Shown here: piece after piece, positions 1 to 10,709 of the stretch
Layout of the letters: each line of letters opens with the position of its first letter
Position numbering within the stretch: position 1 is the stretch's first letter
Source: Oscillospiraceae bacterium
GTDB lineage: Bacteria; Bacillota; Clostridia; Oscillospirales; Ruminococcaceae
Length of the DNA stretch: 35,884 nt
Direction of reading: 5' to 3'
Assembly (NCBI GenBank): GCA_032091455.1
Contig: DAMDCT010000003.1
Coordinates: forward strand, 31,096 to 66,979
Notes under the pieces: generated by a model
Seen by the model: the letters and a program-made list of their open reading frames with translations, nothing else
Database searches by the model: none
Told to the model about the DNA's origin: nothing
Translations under genes and position numbers: made by a program

Positions 1-1671
1 ATTAGTGATTGTAGATGTATCATGCAACGGAAATGATACGAGTAATGAACCAATAAAAGTAGTTATCATTACGGTTAAACCACTTAGCATTGTCATACTC
101 TTAAAAATGTCTTTGCTTAATATAAATACAATAGCGGACAATAAAATTGCAATAGGCAATCCCCATATAGCAAGTTTAGTACATATAACGTCACTTAAAT
201 CATAGTGGAATGAATGGGCTATAAAGTCCTTGCAAAAATCAGTCTTTACGTTTTTCACAAGTATTGGTTCTCCATCTACAACGCCCTTTGCCATGTCGGT
301 TGAAACTTGAAATTCATTTATAATAACTGAAGAGTACTTATCTTTCTTGCTTGAAATAAACTTAAAATTGTTAACAATATTATGGATCCCATAATACTTT
401 GATTTAAAATTAAACAGCAAAGTAATTAATACAATTGGAGTATAAAGGTGAACACCATTTACCAATAGTTTATTTGATGAAAATAGCAACATAATGTTTG
501 TAATGAAGCACACCACTATTAACACACTATAAAGTATATCTTTATGTGGTGTATGATTAATAATACCATCAATTGCATTTGACAAAACTTTTCTTGATAA
601 AACTACTCCAATTATGAGCAATACCATATTTGCTTCAACATATATCATTGGATCAATTTTTATTTTTCCAACAAACATAAGCAATCCATTTGTTAATGTT
701 ACAAGTGTTAAAATTATTGCACTAATTGATAGTATTCCCAGCCCATACATACTCACTTTAATTGACTTTTGCTTTCTTATAAGTTCCTTTTCTATCTCAT
801 CCCTTTGTCCTATTTGAGTATATTCCAATTCATGTTGATTATCATCATCAAATTCATCTTCATAATTATAAACTGCTTTTGTACTTTGATTAGTCTGCTG
901 TTTTTCCTCATGCTCACTTAACTTTGCAAGTACCGTATCTGCTGAATTTTGCTCCTCTTTTTGGACTAGTACCTCATCTGTTTGTGAAATTTTATTTTCA
1001 TTAGTACCAAGTACAAAGTTGTCAATTTTTTTATTTCGGTTTTTCTTTAGTTCTCTATAATTATAAGGATTAATCGGCGTTTTTGATATTTGCGAATCAA
1101 TTTGTGTTTGAGACACTTTAAATGTTCCAAAATGCGAAGTGATATTATGCATTTCACGCTTAATATGTTCCGTATTTGCAGAATTTTTTAACGAATCTAT
1201 TTTTTCAATTTTCTCTTCATTGACAATATCTGATTGAGGAGCTTTTTTCAATTTAACCTTTTGTTCATTTGCAACATTTGAAATCTTTATAGACTGTGTA
1301 TTATTCTGATTACGCATTGCATTTTCAAACGCTTCCATATCCTCACGACTTAGGGCTAGCTCTTTTTCTATTACCTTTTCCTCTTGCTGTTGTCTTTTAA
1401 CTTGCTTTGAACTTTCACGCAAGTTTTTTTCATATTGCCTAGTAATTGATTTTGTCTGAGCTTTTATTTCTTTTTCTAGACACTCTTGTTCTTTTGGAGT
1501 AAGCTTAATATTATCCATTTCAAGCTGTCTATTTTTCTTTTCTGTGAGTATCTGCTCTACCATATCATTTACACGTTGCATATCACTCATAGGGTCTATG
1601 TTTGACTGTCTAGATTTTTTCAACTGAAGCTCGTCTAATATATCATCAACCGATATCATGGTATCTTTCAT
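1..1671 (-). CDS. Large membrane protein, 3'-truncated by the window edge; charged/coiled-coil N-terminus then several TM helices (possibly degenerate P-type ATPase-like)
   Basis: ATG at 1671 with GGGGTG RBS; begins MKDTMISVDDILDELQ; frame stays open in the parts I read down to base 1 (absent from ORF track because there is no stop); hydrophobic segments in 1-760. Confidence 0.8.
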   Translation of the reverse strand, partial: MKDTMISVDDILDELQLKKSRQSNIDPMSDMQRVNDMVEQILTEKKNRQLEMDNIKLTPKEQECLEKEIKAQTKSITRQYEKNLRESSKQVKRQQQEEKVIEKELALSREDMEAFENAMRNQNNTQSIKISNVANEQKVKLKKAPQSDIVNEEKIEKIDSLKNSANTEHIKREMHNITSHFGTFKVSQTQIDSQISKTPINPYNYRELKKNRNKKIDNFVLGTNENKISQTDEVLVQKEEQNSADTVLAKLSEHEEKQQTNQSTKAVYNYEDEFDDDNQHELEYTQIGQRDEIEKELIRKQKSIKVSMYGLGILSISAIILTLVTLTNGLLMFVGKIKIDPMIYVEANMVLLIIGVVLSRKVLSNAIDGIINHTPHKDILYSVLIVVCFITNIMLLFSSNKLLVNGVHLYTPIVLITLLFNFKSKYYGIHNIVNNFKFISSKKDKYSSVIINEFQVSTDMAKGVVDGEPILVKNVKTDFCKDFIAHSFHYDLSDVICTKLAIWGLPIAILLSAIVFILSKDIFKSMTMLSGLTVMITTFIGSLLVSFPLHDTSTITN

Positions 1672-1707
1672 AATGTCACCCCGTTATATATAGTAGTAAA
1701 GAGTTAT

Positions 1708-2460
1708 TTACATTCTCTGACGTGCTATTTCATACATTAATATACCACCTGCAACAGAAGCATTTAGTGAATTAATATTTCCATGCATAGGAAGTGTAGT
1801 TATAAAATCGCATTGTTCTTTTACAAGTCTTCCTAATCCATTTCCCTCAGAACCAATTACAAGTGCAACTCCACCACTATAGTTATGTTCGTACCATGAT
1901 TTTCCACCTATATCTGCACCATATACCCAAATATTTTGTTCCTTTAATTCTTTTATACAAGCAACAAGATTTGATACTTTTGCAACAGGCAAAACACTTG
2001 CTGCACCTGCACTTGTCTTATATACTGTAGGTGATAGAGATGCACTTCTGCGTTTTGGTATAATAAGTCCATCAGCACCACACGCTTCAGCCGTTCTAAT
2101 AAGTGCTCCTAAATTATGTGGATCCTCAATTTCATCAGCAATTATTATAAAAGGAGCTTTTCCCTTTTGCTTTGCCACTTCTAATATGTCTTCCACTGTT
2201 TTATACTCTGCGCACGCACAAACAGCAACAACTCCTTGATGCGTAACTCCTCCACATAAAAAATCCAGCTTTTGATTTGTAGTCGCTTTTATAACAATTC
2301 CTGCTTCTTTAGCTAATGCCTTAATCTTATTAATGCTTCCCTGCGTATCTGCACTCGCAATTTGAATTGTGTCAATATTACGATTTGCTTTAAGTGCCTC
2401 TAAAACTGCATTTCTACCTGCTATAATGTCTTTATTATCCACGTATTTTTCGTTTTCCAT
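1708..2460 (-). CDS. rlmB: 23S rRNA (guanosine-2251-2'-O)-methyltransferase, SPOUT/TrmH family
   Basis: Motifs GRNAVLEAL, HQGVVA, DPHNLGALIRTA, IGSEGNG, SLNASVA. Confidence 0.95.
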   Translation of the reverse strand: MENEKYVDNKDIIAGRNAVLEALKANRNIDTIQIASADTQGSINKIKALAKEAGIVIKATTNQKLDFLCGGVTHQGVVAVCACAEYKTVEDILEVAKQKGKAPFIIIADEIEDPHNLGALIRTAEACGADGLIIPKRRSASLSPTVYKTSAGAASVLPVAKVSNLVACIKELKEQNIWVYGADIGGKSWYEHNYSGGVALVIGSEGNGLGRLVKEQCDFITTLPMHGNINSLNASVAGGILMYEIARQRM

Positions 2461-2605
2461 ATTATTTCTAATCTCCAGTCATATTTATATTAAAAAAGTA
2501 TATCCTATATTATATTTTATTGTTGCATTAATTATAACACAGCTTATAATAATGTACAATGCGAATTGAACATTATATTGTGCATATACTATTTGTACTA
2601 TACTG

Positions 2606-2721
2606 TTTTCAACATATCAACTAAATCCAAAAGTACACTATTTCAAGAGTTTTAAACTCTTTCAACAGAGTTTTCAACATACAAACATTTACTTAAACAG
2701 CTTTTCCTCTGTATATCAACA
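2606..2721 (+). repeat. Cluster of co-oriented TTTTCAACA-like 9-mers (DnaA-box-like)
   Basis: TTTTCAACA 2606 and 2671, CTTTCAACA 2659, ATATCAACA 2713; 1-2 mismatches to TTWTNCACA. Confidence 0.45.
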
Positions 2722-2837
2722 GTATACTAACAAAATTATGACTACTTATTGTATATTTATTTTATTTTTTGTGTAAAATCAACTAGATAAGTATACTATA
2801 TAATAATTAGATATTTTAAATATAAAGGATGAAAGTA

Positions 2838-3107
2838 ATGAACACATTAAAAGGCGTAAATAAACAAATAGTTGAGATTAACTACACTCGTGATGATTAT
2901 GTTCAAAAAGCTATATTAATAATAAATCCAGATAAAAATCATCTCGGTCAAAATATAATTAAAAAAAAAGCTAATAGTTATATTGATAGTTTAAATTTTC
3001 CTATAACCAGCAAAAGCAAAAAACCTCGTCTAGCTAATTTTTTGAAAACAATGTCATATGTTTTGTTGGGAGCGGCAATTATGGCAGTTATATTATATAT
3101 TATATAA
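2838..3107 (+). CDS. Small hypothetical protein with C-terminal TM anchor
   Basis: AAGGA RBS favours ATG 2838; KGVNKQIVEIN...KAILII resembles a clostridial conserved hypothetical; hydrophobic C-terminus. Confidence 0.8.
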   Translation: MNTLKGVNKQIVEINYTRDDYVQKAILIINPDKNHLGQNIIKKKANSYIDSLNFPITSKSKKPRLANFLKTMSYVLLGAAIMAVILYII

Positions 3108-3174
3108 CTATTCCACTTCTATTTTATAATAAAAACATATATAAATTGTTATACTAATACTTGGAGATGATTTA

Positions 3175-3717
3175 ATGACAAAATTTAAAAAATTAATAAT
3201 TGCAGAGTTAATCGGTATTGTATTCGTAGTTTTGGGGGCATTTCTATTTCATTTTTTGTTTGAATGGTCCGGTAACAACCAATTTGTAGGGGTGTTTGCC
3301 GCAGTTAATGAAAGTGTTTTTGAACACACAAAAATACTATTTTATCCCTTTATCATTTACAGCATTATTGAATACTTTTTTGTAGAAATTAGTTTTAAAC
3401 AATACTTTATTGCAAAATCAATTGCATCAATTTCACTTATCATTATGGTGATTGTAGTATTCTATACTTATACTGGCATTATAGGCTATCATATCCCTAT
3501 AGTAGATATTCTTTGTTCAATAGCTTATGCTTTTATTGCTACTGGAATATCATTTAGACTATTAACTATAAACGATAAAATAACTAAAAGTTTCATATGG
3601 GTGTTCATTTTATTTTTAATTGTGTTATTTTCAATGATAATATTTACATTACGCCCACCGAAATTGCCACTATTTTATGATGAGTTAAATAAAACTTATG
3701 GTGCTGTTTTAAAGTAA
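3175..3717 (+). CDS. DUF6512-like integral membrane protein
   Basis: GGAG RBS; HFLFEWSG...AVNESVFEHTK motif; about 5 TM helices. Confidence 0.75.
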   Translation: MTKFKKLIIAELIGIVFVVLGAFLFHFLFEWSGNNQFVGVFAAVNESVFEHTKILFYPFIIYSIIEYFFVEISFKQYFIAKSIASISLIIMVIVVFYTYTGIIGYHIPIVDILCSIAYAFIATGISFRLLTINDKITKSFIWVFILFLIVLFSMIIFTLRPPKLPLFYDELNKTYGAVLK

Positions 3718-3770
3718 TATTACTTCAAATTCATTATATACACAAAAACTCCTATACAACATACAAAAAC

Positions 3771-3800
3771 AAAATCCTCGCCCAATTGAGCGAGGATTTT
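3771..3800. terminator. Bidirectional intrinsic terminator
   Basis: AAAATCCTCGC-N8-GCGAGGATTTT between convergent genes. Confidence 0.85.
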
Positions 3801-3815
3801 ATGTTTATGTTCTTA

Positions 3816-4220
3816 TTATGAAAATTTAAGCACACTTGTAGGTAAATCTTTTTGATCTGCTGAAATAGTGAAAAATATTGTTACATCAGCTGGAATTTGT
3901 TTATATAGCTTCTCAAGTAAAATTCCTAAACCATCTAAATCCTTATTGCCTATCTTTAATATACCATCAACAAAGATCTCTTTAATATCATAATTGCAAG
4001 CTAAAACACCATTTACAAAACCATAAAACGCATCATAACCCTGTATGTTATACTCCTCTGTATCGATTAGTCTAACCTTATGGTCAAGCTCCAAAGTAAG
4101 CTGCATACCTCGCTCAATACATACAACATCGCCATTTGTCAATTTAACAGCATCATTAACCTTACTGATTAACGTTTTAGTTTTTCCGCTTCCTTTGTTA
4201 CCAATAATAAGTTTAATCAT
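3816..4220 (-). CDS. Small P-loop (ATP-binding) protein of unknown function
   Basis: Walker A GNKGSGKT at N-terminus; IFVDG Walker B-like; GGAGG RBS. Confidence 0.85.
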   Translation of the reverse strand: MIKLIIGNKGSGKTKTLISKVNDAVKLTNGDVVCIERGMQLTLELDHKVRLIDTEEYNIQGYDAFYGFVNGVLACNYDIKEIFVDGILKIGNKDLDGLGILLEKLYKQIPADVTIFFTISADQKDLPTSVLKFS

Positions 4221-4298
4221 AGTGACTCCTCCAATTACATATCTTTATAATTTCTCACAGAGTGTGAGTTATTACCGTTAAGGTGCTTGACTATTTTG

Positions 4299-5639
4299 CT
4301 AATCACTTAGCTTTTCTAAAAGTTCCGCACGCTGTTTTTCAAAACCAGGTTTATTTAAAAGCGCAAACATATTCTTTTTATAGCTTTCTACACCAGGTTG
4401 ATCAAACGGATTAACACCTAAAACATAGCCTGATATAGCACAAGCCTTTTCAAAGAAATACACAAGATAGCCAAATTCAAATTCGTTTATTTCATCTAAC
4501 TCTAATACAAGATTAGGAACTCCACCTTCACTATGTGCAAGAATTGTACCTTGCATTGCCTTTTCATTTACAATTGACATATTTTGATTTGATAAAAAGT
4601 TTAATCCATCAAAATTATCTTTGTCTTCATTAATAAAAAAGTCTTGTTTAGGTTTCTTAATATCCATAACAGTTTCAAACATTATTCTTGAACCATCTTG
4701 AATAAACTGTCCTAATGAATGTAAATCAGTTGAGAAAGTTGCACTTGATGGGAAAATACCTTTATTGTCCTTACCTTCACTTTCACCAAAAAGCTGTATA
4801 AACCATTCAGCCATCATAGTAAATGCTGGTTCATAACTAACTAACATTTCAATTGATTTGCCTTTTCTATAAAGTGCATTTCTATATGCAACGTATTTGT
4901 AACAATCATTCTTATCAAGATTAACATCCATAAGTTCATCTTGAGCCTTCTTAGCGCCATTCATAACCTTTGTAATATCACAGCCACTTACAGCAATCGG
5001 TAAAAGCCCAACAGCAGTTAAAACAGAAAATCTTCCACCAACATCATCAGCGATAACAAAAGTTTCATATCCCTCTTTGTCACTTAGCTCTTTTAATGTT
5101 CCTCTTGATTTATCAGTAGTAGCATAAATACGCTCTTTAGCGCCTTCTTTACCATATTTGCTAATTAGCAATTCACGGAAAACTCTAAATGCAAGTGCAG
5201 GCTCAGTCGTTGTTCCTGATTTTGATATTATATTTACTGAAATATCTTTACCTTCACAAATTGCTAATATTTCATTTAAGTAGGTTGGGTTTACGTTGTT
5301 TCCAACAAAATAAATATCTGGTGTATCCTTTTTTAGGTTGTTATAAAAAGGGGATTTCATTAGTTCAATTGCAGCTCTAGCTCCAAGATATGAACCACCA
5401 ATTCCAATTACAATTAATATATCGGAATTTGATTTAATCTTTTCTGCCGCTTTAATAATTCTATCAAATTCTGCCTTATCATACTCTGTAGGAAGGTTAA
5501 CCCATCCTAAAAATTCATTTCCAAGACCAGTCTTGTTATGAAGCATAGTGTGTGCAAGCTCAATTTGTGGTTGTATTCCAACAAGCTCATTATTACAGAC
5601 AAATTCTTTTGCATATTTATCATTAAAACGTAATCCCAT
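4299..5639 (-). CDS. pgi: Glucose-6-phosphate isomerase
   Basis: [42 protein letters not shown]. Confidence 0.97.
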   Translation of the reverse strand: MGLRFNDKYAKEFVCNNELVGIQPQIELAHTMLHNKTGLGNEFLGWVNLPTEYDKAEFDRIIKAAEKIKSNSDILIVIGIGGSYLGARAAIELMKSPFYNNLKKDTPDIYFVGNNVNPTYLNEILAICEGKDISVNIISKSGTTTEPALAFRVFRELLISKYGKEGAKERIYATTDKSRGTLKELSDKEGYETFVIADDVGGRFSVLTAVGLLPIAVSGCDITKVMNGAKKAQDELMDVNLDKNDCYKYVAYRNALYRKGKSIEMLVSYEPAFTMMAEWFIQLFGESEGKDNKGIFPSSATFSTDLHSLGQFIQDGSRIMFETVMDIKKPKQDFFINEDKDNFDGLNFLSNQNMSIVNEKAMQGTILAHSEGGVPNLVLELDEINEFEFGYLVYFFEKACAISGYVLGVNPFDQPGVESYKKNMFALLNKPGFEKQRAELLEKLSD

Positions 5640-5888
5640 TTTAAAAATCCCCTTGCGTATATTTATTTAATATCATGATTATTATAACGTTCTTCATAGC
5701 CTTCTTTACAATATAATTTTACAATAAAATTATGTTTTATTCAAGTGATTTTAAATATTTGATAAAAAATTAATAATATCATAATAAACATGGAAACTTA
5801 TACAATAGCAGGGATAAAGAAAGCACATAATCCCATTTATTACAAAAACTTTTTTTGTACACTTATCTAACAAAGATTAAATGAGTTA

Positions 5889-8042
5889 CTAATACTTATT
5901 ATACTGTGAATCTTCCTCATATATTTCATATTGTTGCTCATAATTATATTGATTCACTTGTTGTTTGTCTACTATATAATTAGCATCTTTCAGCTTAAAT
6001 TTGCTAACAAGACCTTTTAACATCTGTGCTTGTGCAGACAATTCTTCACTTGCTGCTGCACTTTCCTCTGCGGTTGCTGAGTTTGTTTGTACAACTGCCG
6101 CAATTTGCTCAACACCTTGTGTTACTTGACTAACTGCACTTGCTTGGTTATTTGATGAAATTGAAATCTCATTGATTAGTTCACCTGATTTATTTGTTTG
6201 CTCTACAATACTGCTTAATGAAATAGCAGTTGCATCTGCAATCTTCCTACCATTTTCAACAGCTTCGATTGAAGATTCTATTAACACAGTTGTATTCTTT
6301 GCCGCCTCTGCACTTTTACTAGCCAAGTTCCTAACTTCCTCTGCAACAACTGCAAAGCCTTTACCAGCTGTCCCTGCACGAGCTGCTTCCACTGCTGCAT
6401 TTAGTGCAAGAATATTTGTCTGGAATGCAATGTCATCAATTGTTTTAATTATTTTACTGATTTGATTTGATGTATCACTAATTTCAGTCATTGCTTTAAT
6501 CATATCTTGCATTTGCTCATTACCCTGGGTTACTGCCTCGCCTGCTTTTTGAGTAATCTTTGTTGCTTCCACTGCATTTTGTGCATTATGCTTAATGTTC
6601 TCCGAAATATCACTAATTGTTGCTGATAGCTCCTCAATTGAGCTTGCCTGTTCAGTTGCACCTTGGGATAATTCTTGTGCACCACTAGATACTTGATCTG
6701 AGCCACTCGCAACTTGGTCGGAAGTGTTTTTAATTTCCTCCATAGTAGTATTTAGTGATAAAATAATATTTTCCATTGAATGCTTAATAGGAGCAAAATC
6801 GCCGACATATTCATGTTCCACACTAATATCAAGATTTCCATCAGATATCTTTCCTAATATTAATGATATTTCATTTATGTACTTACTTAATGTGCTTGCT
6901 GTATTCTTAAATATACTTGCCAATTCACCAAGTTCATCTTTTGATGTAACTTTAATGTCAGAAGAGAATTTACCATTTCCAACATCAGATGCTAGCTCAA
7001 CAATACTTTTTACAGGTTTCAGTGACTTAATTAGTAATAATACAACACTAACTGAAATAAGTATTACTCCAATAATAGCAATCAGCGTTACGATAAATAC
7101 AATTTGTGAAGCTATTTTCAATACCTCTTTTTTATCAACTGCAAATGAGCTTGACCATGTTTGATCTATTCCACTAACTTTTATTGGAACATGAACTTCA
7201 AATGTTTTATCGTCATCTATAAATTTGGTTGTTTCAAAAATTGCATCTTTACCTGATGATAATGCTTGTGAAATATATTTTGATGTATTACCCTTACCCG
7301 TATAAGTGCTACCGGATAACTCCTTATTCTTTGTATTTGTAATATAAGTAGCCTTATTAGTAAGTATATAACTATATGAAGTACTAAACTTTCCAAGATC
7401 ATAATCAAGTTGGTTAATAGTATCTGTTTTTATATCACAATTTGCCACCCCTAAAAAACTTCCATTTTCATCAAAAATAGGATTACTAATTGTTATTAGC
7501 CAAACTTTTTCACCAGTAGATAGAGTATATTCATAAGGTTGTGTCATATGCGGTTTACCTGTTTTCTTAGTAACCGCATAATATTCTCCTTTATTATAAT
7601 CATTATAATCCTTTAATACATCCACTTTAATTTGATTTCCATCTTTAAATGCGTAATATGATAGTCCGTCTGGAGTATCTTTTAAATACAAATTCGGTTC
7701 AAACGCGACATATGATGAAAATATCTTTTCATCACTAGCAAGTGATACCAATGCACTTTTTATCATTGTGTCAAGTTGACCACTTTCTAAGTTTACGTAT
7801 CTAGACATTTCCATTGACAATGAATTACCCCTAGAACTCATATTTTGCAAATAATTTTCTGCTTTGCTTGAATTAACTTCGGCGATAAATTGAATTTCAT
7901 CTTTACCATACTTCTTAATTGCACCTGACACTAAAAATCCCAACGTAACACACATTGCAATCATAACTGCAGTTGTTGTAATTAGTATTTGAAATGGAAT
8001 TTTAAATGCGAGTCTTTTCGTTAATTTAATATTGCTTTTCAT
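5889..8042 (-). CDS. Methyl-accepting chemotaxis protein (Cache-type sensor, HAMP, MCP signalling domain)
   Basis: Two TM helices flanking a sensor with TQPY motif; [43 protein letters not shown]. Confidence 0.95.
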   Translation of the reverse strand: MKSNIKLTKRLAFKIPFQILITTTAVMIAMCVTLGFLVSGAIKKYGKDEIQFIAEVNSSKAENYLQNMSSRGNSLSMEMSRYVNLESGQLDTMIKSALVSLASDEKIFSSYVAFEPNLYLKDTPDGLSYYAFKDGNQIKVDVLKDYNDYNKGEYYAVTKKTGKPHMTQPYEYTLSTGEKVWLITISNPIFDENGSFLGVANCDIKTDTINQLDYDLGKFSTSYSYILTNKATYITNTKNKELSGSTYTGKGNTSKYISQALSSGKDAIFETTKFIDDDKTFEVHVPIKVSGIDQTWSSSFAVDKKEVLKIASQIVFIVTLIAIIGVILISVSVVLLLIKSLKPVKSIVELASDVGNGKFSSDIKVTSKDELGELASIFKNTASTLSKYINEISLILGKISDGNLDISVEHEYVGDFAPIKHSMENIILSLNTTMEEIKNTSDQVASGSDQVSSGAQELSQGATEQASSIEELSATISDISENIKHNAQNAVEATKITQKAGEAVTQGNEQMQDMIKAMTEISDTSNQISKIIKTIDDIAFQTNILALNAAVEAARAGTAGKGFAVVAEEVRNLASKSAEAAKNTTVLIESSIEAVENGRKIADATAISLSSIVEQTNKSGELINEISISSNNQASAVSQVTQGVEQIAAVVQTNSATAEESAAASEELSAQAQMLKGLVSKFKLKDANYIVDKQQVNQYNYEQQYEIYEEDSQYNKY

Positions 8043-8082
8043 GGTTTTCCTTCTTTCTGCAGATTTTATCTCTACAGTATAT

Positions 8083-8109
8083 ATATCGACACTTTTTATG
8101 TATATTTAA
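8083..8109 (-). promoter_or_regulatory. Sigma28 (SigD/FliA)-type promoter of MCP 1
   Basis: Minus strand TTAA-N15-GTCGATAT. Confidence 0.7.
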
Positions 8110-8237
8110 TAAAATAAACAAATTAAATTAAATTTTATTATACAAAGTTGTCAACTTTGTATAATAATTTTAGAATATATTACAAATTATTGTTTTACAT
8201 ATATTAATTTAATTCAACTTTAAATAATACACAAATA

Positions 8238-8292
8238 AAAAAACCATACCCCTAAAGTTAAACTTTTAGCCTAACTTTAGGGGGACGGTACA
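8238..8292. repeat. Inverted repeat resembling paired IS3-family (IS150-like) ends; probable terminator of MCP 2
   Basis: CCCCTAAAGTTA...TAACTTTAGGGG; right arm reads TGTACCGTCCCCCTAAAGTTAG on the minus strand. Confidence 0.55.
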
Positions 8293-8319
8293 AAACATCT
8301 TGTTTTTTATTTGTTTTAA

Positions 8320-10473
8320 TTAATATTTATTATACTGTGATTCTTCTCCATGTATTTCATATTGCTGCTCATAATCATTATGATGTACTTGAAATTTGCC
8401 ATTTATATCATTGTTGCCCTTTAGCTTAAATTTACTAACAAGACCTTTTAACATTTGTGCTTGTGCAGACAATTCTTCACTAGCTGCTGCACTTTCCTCT
8501 GCGGTCGCTGAGTTTGTTTGTACTACTGCCGCAATTTGTTCAACACCCTGTGTTACTTGACTTACTGAGCTTGCTTGATTATTGGATGCGATTGAGATTT
8601 CATTTATTAATTGTGCTGACTGTTCAGCTTGTTCTACAATAGTTTTTAATGAAATAGCCGTTGCATCTGCAATCTTCCTACCATTTCCAACGGCTTCAAT
8701 TGAAGATTCTATTAACACAGTTGTATTCTTTGCGGCCTCTGCACTCTTACTAGCTAAGTTTCTAACTTCCTCTGCAACAACTGCAAATCCTTTACCAGCT
8801 GATCCTGCACGAGCCGCTTCTACCGCTGCATTTAAAGCAAGAATATTTGTCTGGAATGCAATGTCATCAATTGTTTTTATAATTTTACTAATTTGATTTG
8901 ACGTATCACTGATTTCTGTCATTGCTTTGATCATATCTTTCATTTGCTCATTACCTTGGATTACAGCCTCTCCTGCTTTTTGAGTAATTCTAGTTGCTTC
9001 TACTGCATTCTGAGCATTATGTTTGATATGTTCTGAAATTTCGTTTATTGTTGCTGATAGCTCTTGTATTGAGCTTGCCTGCTCAGTTGCACCCTGTGAT
9101 AAAGCTTGTGCTCCACTAGATACTTGATCTGAACCACTCGCAACTTGGTCCGAAGTGTTTTTTATATCTTCCATTGTTGAATTTAATGAGAGTATTATAT
9201 TCTCCATCGAATTTTTAATAGGTAAAAAATCACCAAAGTATTCATTTTTTACGCTTATATCAAGATTTCCATCAGATATTTTTCCTAATATTAAAGATAT
9301 TTCATTTATGTATGTACTCAATGTATTTGCTGTATTTTTAAATATACTTGCTAATTCACCAAGTTCATCTTTTGATGATACTGTTATATCAGAAGAGAAT
9401 TTTCCGCTTCCAACATCAGACGCTAATTCAATAATAGTTTTTATAGGTTTAAGTGATTTCATTAGCAACAACACAACGCTAACAGAAAGCAGTATTACTC
9501 CTATAATAGCAATCAACCCAACAATTAATACTATATCTGATGCTTTCTTTAATACCTCTTTTTTGTCAACTGCAAATGAACTAGACCACGTCTGGTCAAT
9601 TCCACTAATTTTTAATGGTACATGAACCTCAAAAGTTTTTTCTTCATCTATAAATTTGATTGTTTCAAAAATTACATCTTTTCCTGATGATAATGCTTGT
9701 GAAATATACTTTGACGTATTACCTTTACCAGAGTAAGTGCTACCGGATAACTCCTTGTTAGTAGTATTTGAAATATATGTAGCTTTATTAGTTAATATGT
9801 AACTAAATGCAGTTTTAAACCCACCAAGTTCATATTCTATTTGATTAATTGTATCCGTTTTTATATCACAATTTACTACACCTAAGAACTCACCAGTTTC
9901 ACTAAAAATAGGATTACTAATTGATATTAACCAGACTTTTTCACCTGTTGAGAGTGTGTATTCATAAGGTTGAGTTAGATGTGGTTTTTTTGTTTTCTTA
10001 CTTACTGCGTAATACTCCCCCTCATTATAATCTTTATAATCGTTCAACACATCAAACATTATTTGATTACTATTCTTAAACGCATAATATGATAACCCAT
10101 CTGGAGTATTATCCATGTAAACATTTGGTTCAAATGCTGCATATGCTGAAAATATTTTATCATCACTTGCTAGTGAAGTCAGTGCACTTTTTATAAAATT
10201 ATCAGCCTGTCCACTGTCAAGCTTTTTATATCTAGATATTTCCTTTGCTAAAGAATCTCCCTTGTTATTCATGTTTTCTAAATAATCTTCCGCTTTGCTT
10301 GAATTTACATCAGCAATAAACTGAATTTGTTCTTTTCCAAACTTTGTTATCGCACCTGAAACTAAAATTCCCAATGTAACACACATTGCAACCATTACAG
10401 CTGTTGTTGTAATTAATATTTGAATTGGAATTTTAAATGCAAGTCTATTCGTTAATTTAATATTACTTTTCAT
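8320..10473 (-). CDS. Methyl-accepting chemotaxis protein, tandem paralogue of 5889-8042
   Basis: Same length (717 aa), colinear, same motifs. Confidence 0.95.
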   Translation of the reverse strand: MKSNIKLTNRLAFKIPIQILITTTAVMVAMCVTLGILVSGAITKFGKEQIQFIADVNSSKAEDYLENMNNKGDSLAKEISRYKKLDSGQADNFIKSALTSLASDDKIFSAYAAFEPNVYMDNTPDGLSYYAFKNSNQIMFDVLNDYKDYNEGEYYAVSKKTKKPHLTQPYEYTLSTGEKVWLISISNPIFSETGEFLGVVNCDIKTDTINQIEYELGGFKTAFSYILTNKATYISNTTNKELSGSTYSGKGNTSKYISQALSSGKDVIFETIKFIDEEKTFEVHVPLKISGIDQTWSSSFAVDKKEVLKKASDIVLIVGLIAIIGVILLSVSVVLLLMKSLKPIKTIIELASDVGSGKFSSDITVSSKDELGELASIFKNTANTLSTYINEISLILGKISDGNLDISVKNEYFGDFLPIKNSMENIILSLNSTMEDIKNTSDQVASGSDQVSSGAQALSQGATEQASSIQELSATINEISEHIKHNAQNAVEATRITQKAGEAVIQGNEQMKDMIKAMTEISDTSNQISKIIKTIDDIAFQTNILALNAAVEAARAGSAGKGFAVVAEEVRNLASKSAEAAKNTTVLIESSIEAVGNGRKIADATAISLKTIVEQAEQSAQLINEISIASNNQASSVSQVTQGVEQIAAVVQTNSATAEESAAASEELSAQAQMLKGLVSKFKLKGNNDINGKFQVHHNDYEQQYEIHGEESQYNKY

Positions 10474-10513
10474 GTTTTTCCTTCTTTCTGCAAATTCTAT
10501 CTCTACAGTACAT

Positions 10514-10540
10514 ATATCGTCATTAAATTCATTTTATTAA
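10514..10540 (-). promoter_or_regulatory. Sigma28-type promoter of MCP 2
   Basis: Minus strand TTAA-N15-GACGATAT. Confidence 0.7.
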
Positions 10541-10633
10541 CAAGTTGCATAAAAAAACAAAAAATATTTGTTTAATATTCACAAAAATTATCCATTTATT
10601 CAAAACACTTAACACCTTAATAATAAATTCCCT

Positions 10634-10681
10634 TATAACCCAACAAAAGCCTGCCTTGCGGCAGACTTATGTTGAGTTATA
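10634..10681 (-). terminator. Long hairpin downstream of MCP 3 (terminator/stabiliser)
   Basis: Minus strand ATAACTCAACATAAGTCTGCC-GCAA-GGCAGGCTTTTGTTGGGTTAT; G-U pairs and GNRA loop fix the strand. Confidence 0.75.
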
Positions 10682-10709
10682 TATAGTTTTTTAGAATTTA
10701 TTTCATCAG

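Noticed and set aside
2600..2830. Chromosomal replication origin
   Set aside because: No dnaA/dnaN nearby, boxes are imperfect, and gene strand bias does not switch.
6172..9625. Repeated plus-strand ORFs (6172, 6724, 8582, 9155)
   Set aside because: Antisense shadows of the duplicated MCP genes; their similarity follows from the duplication.
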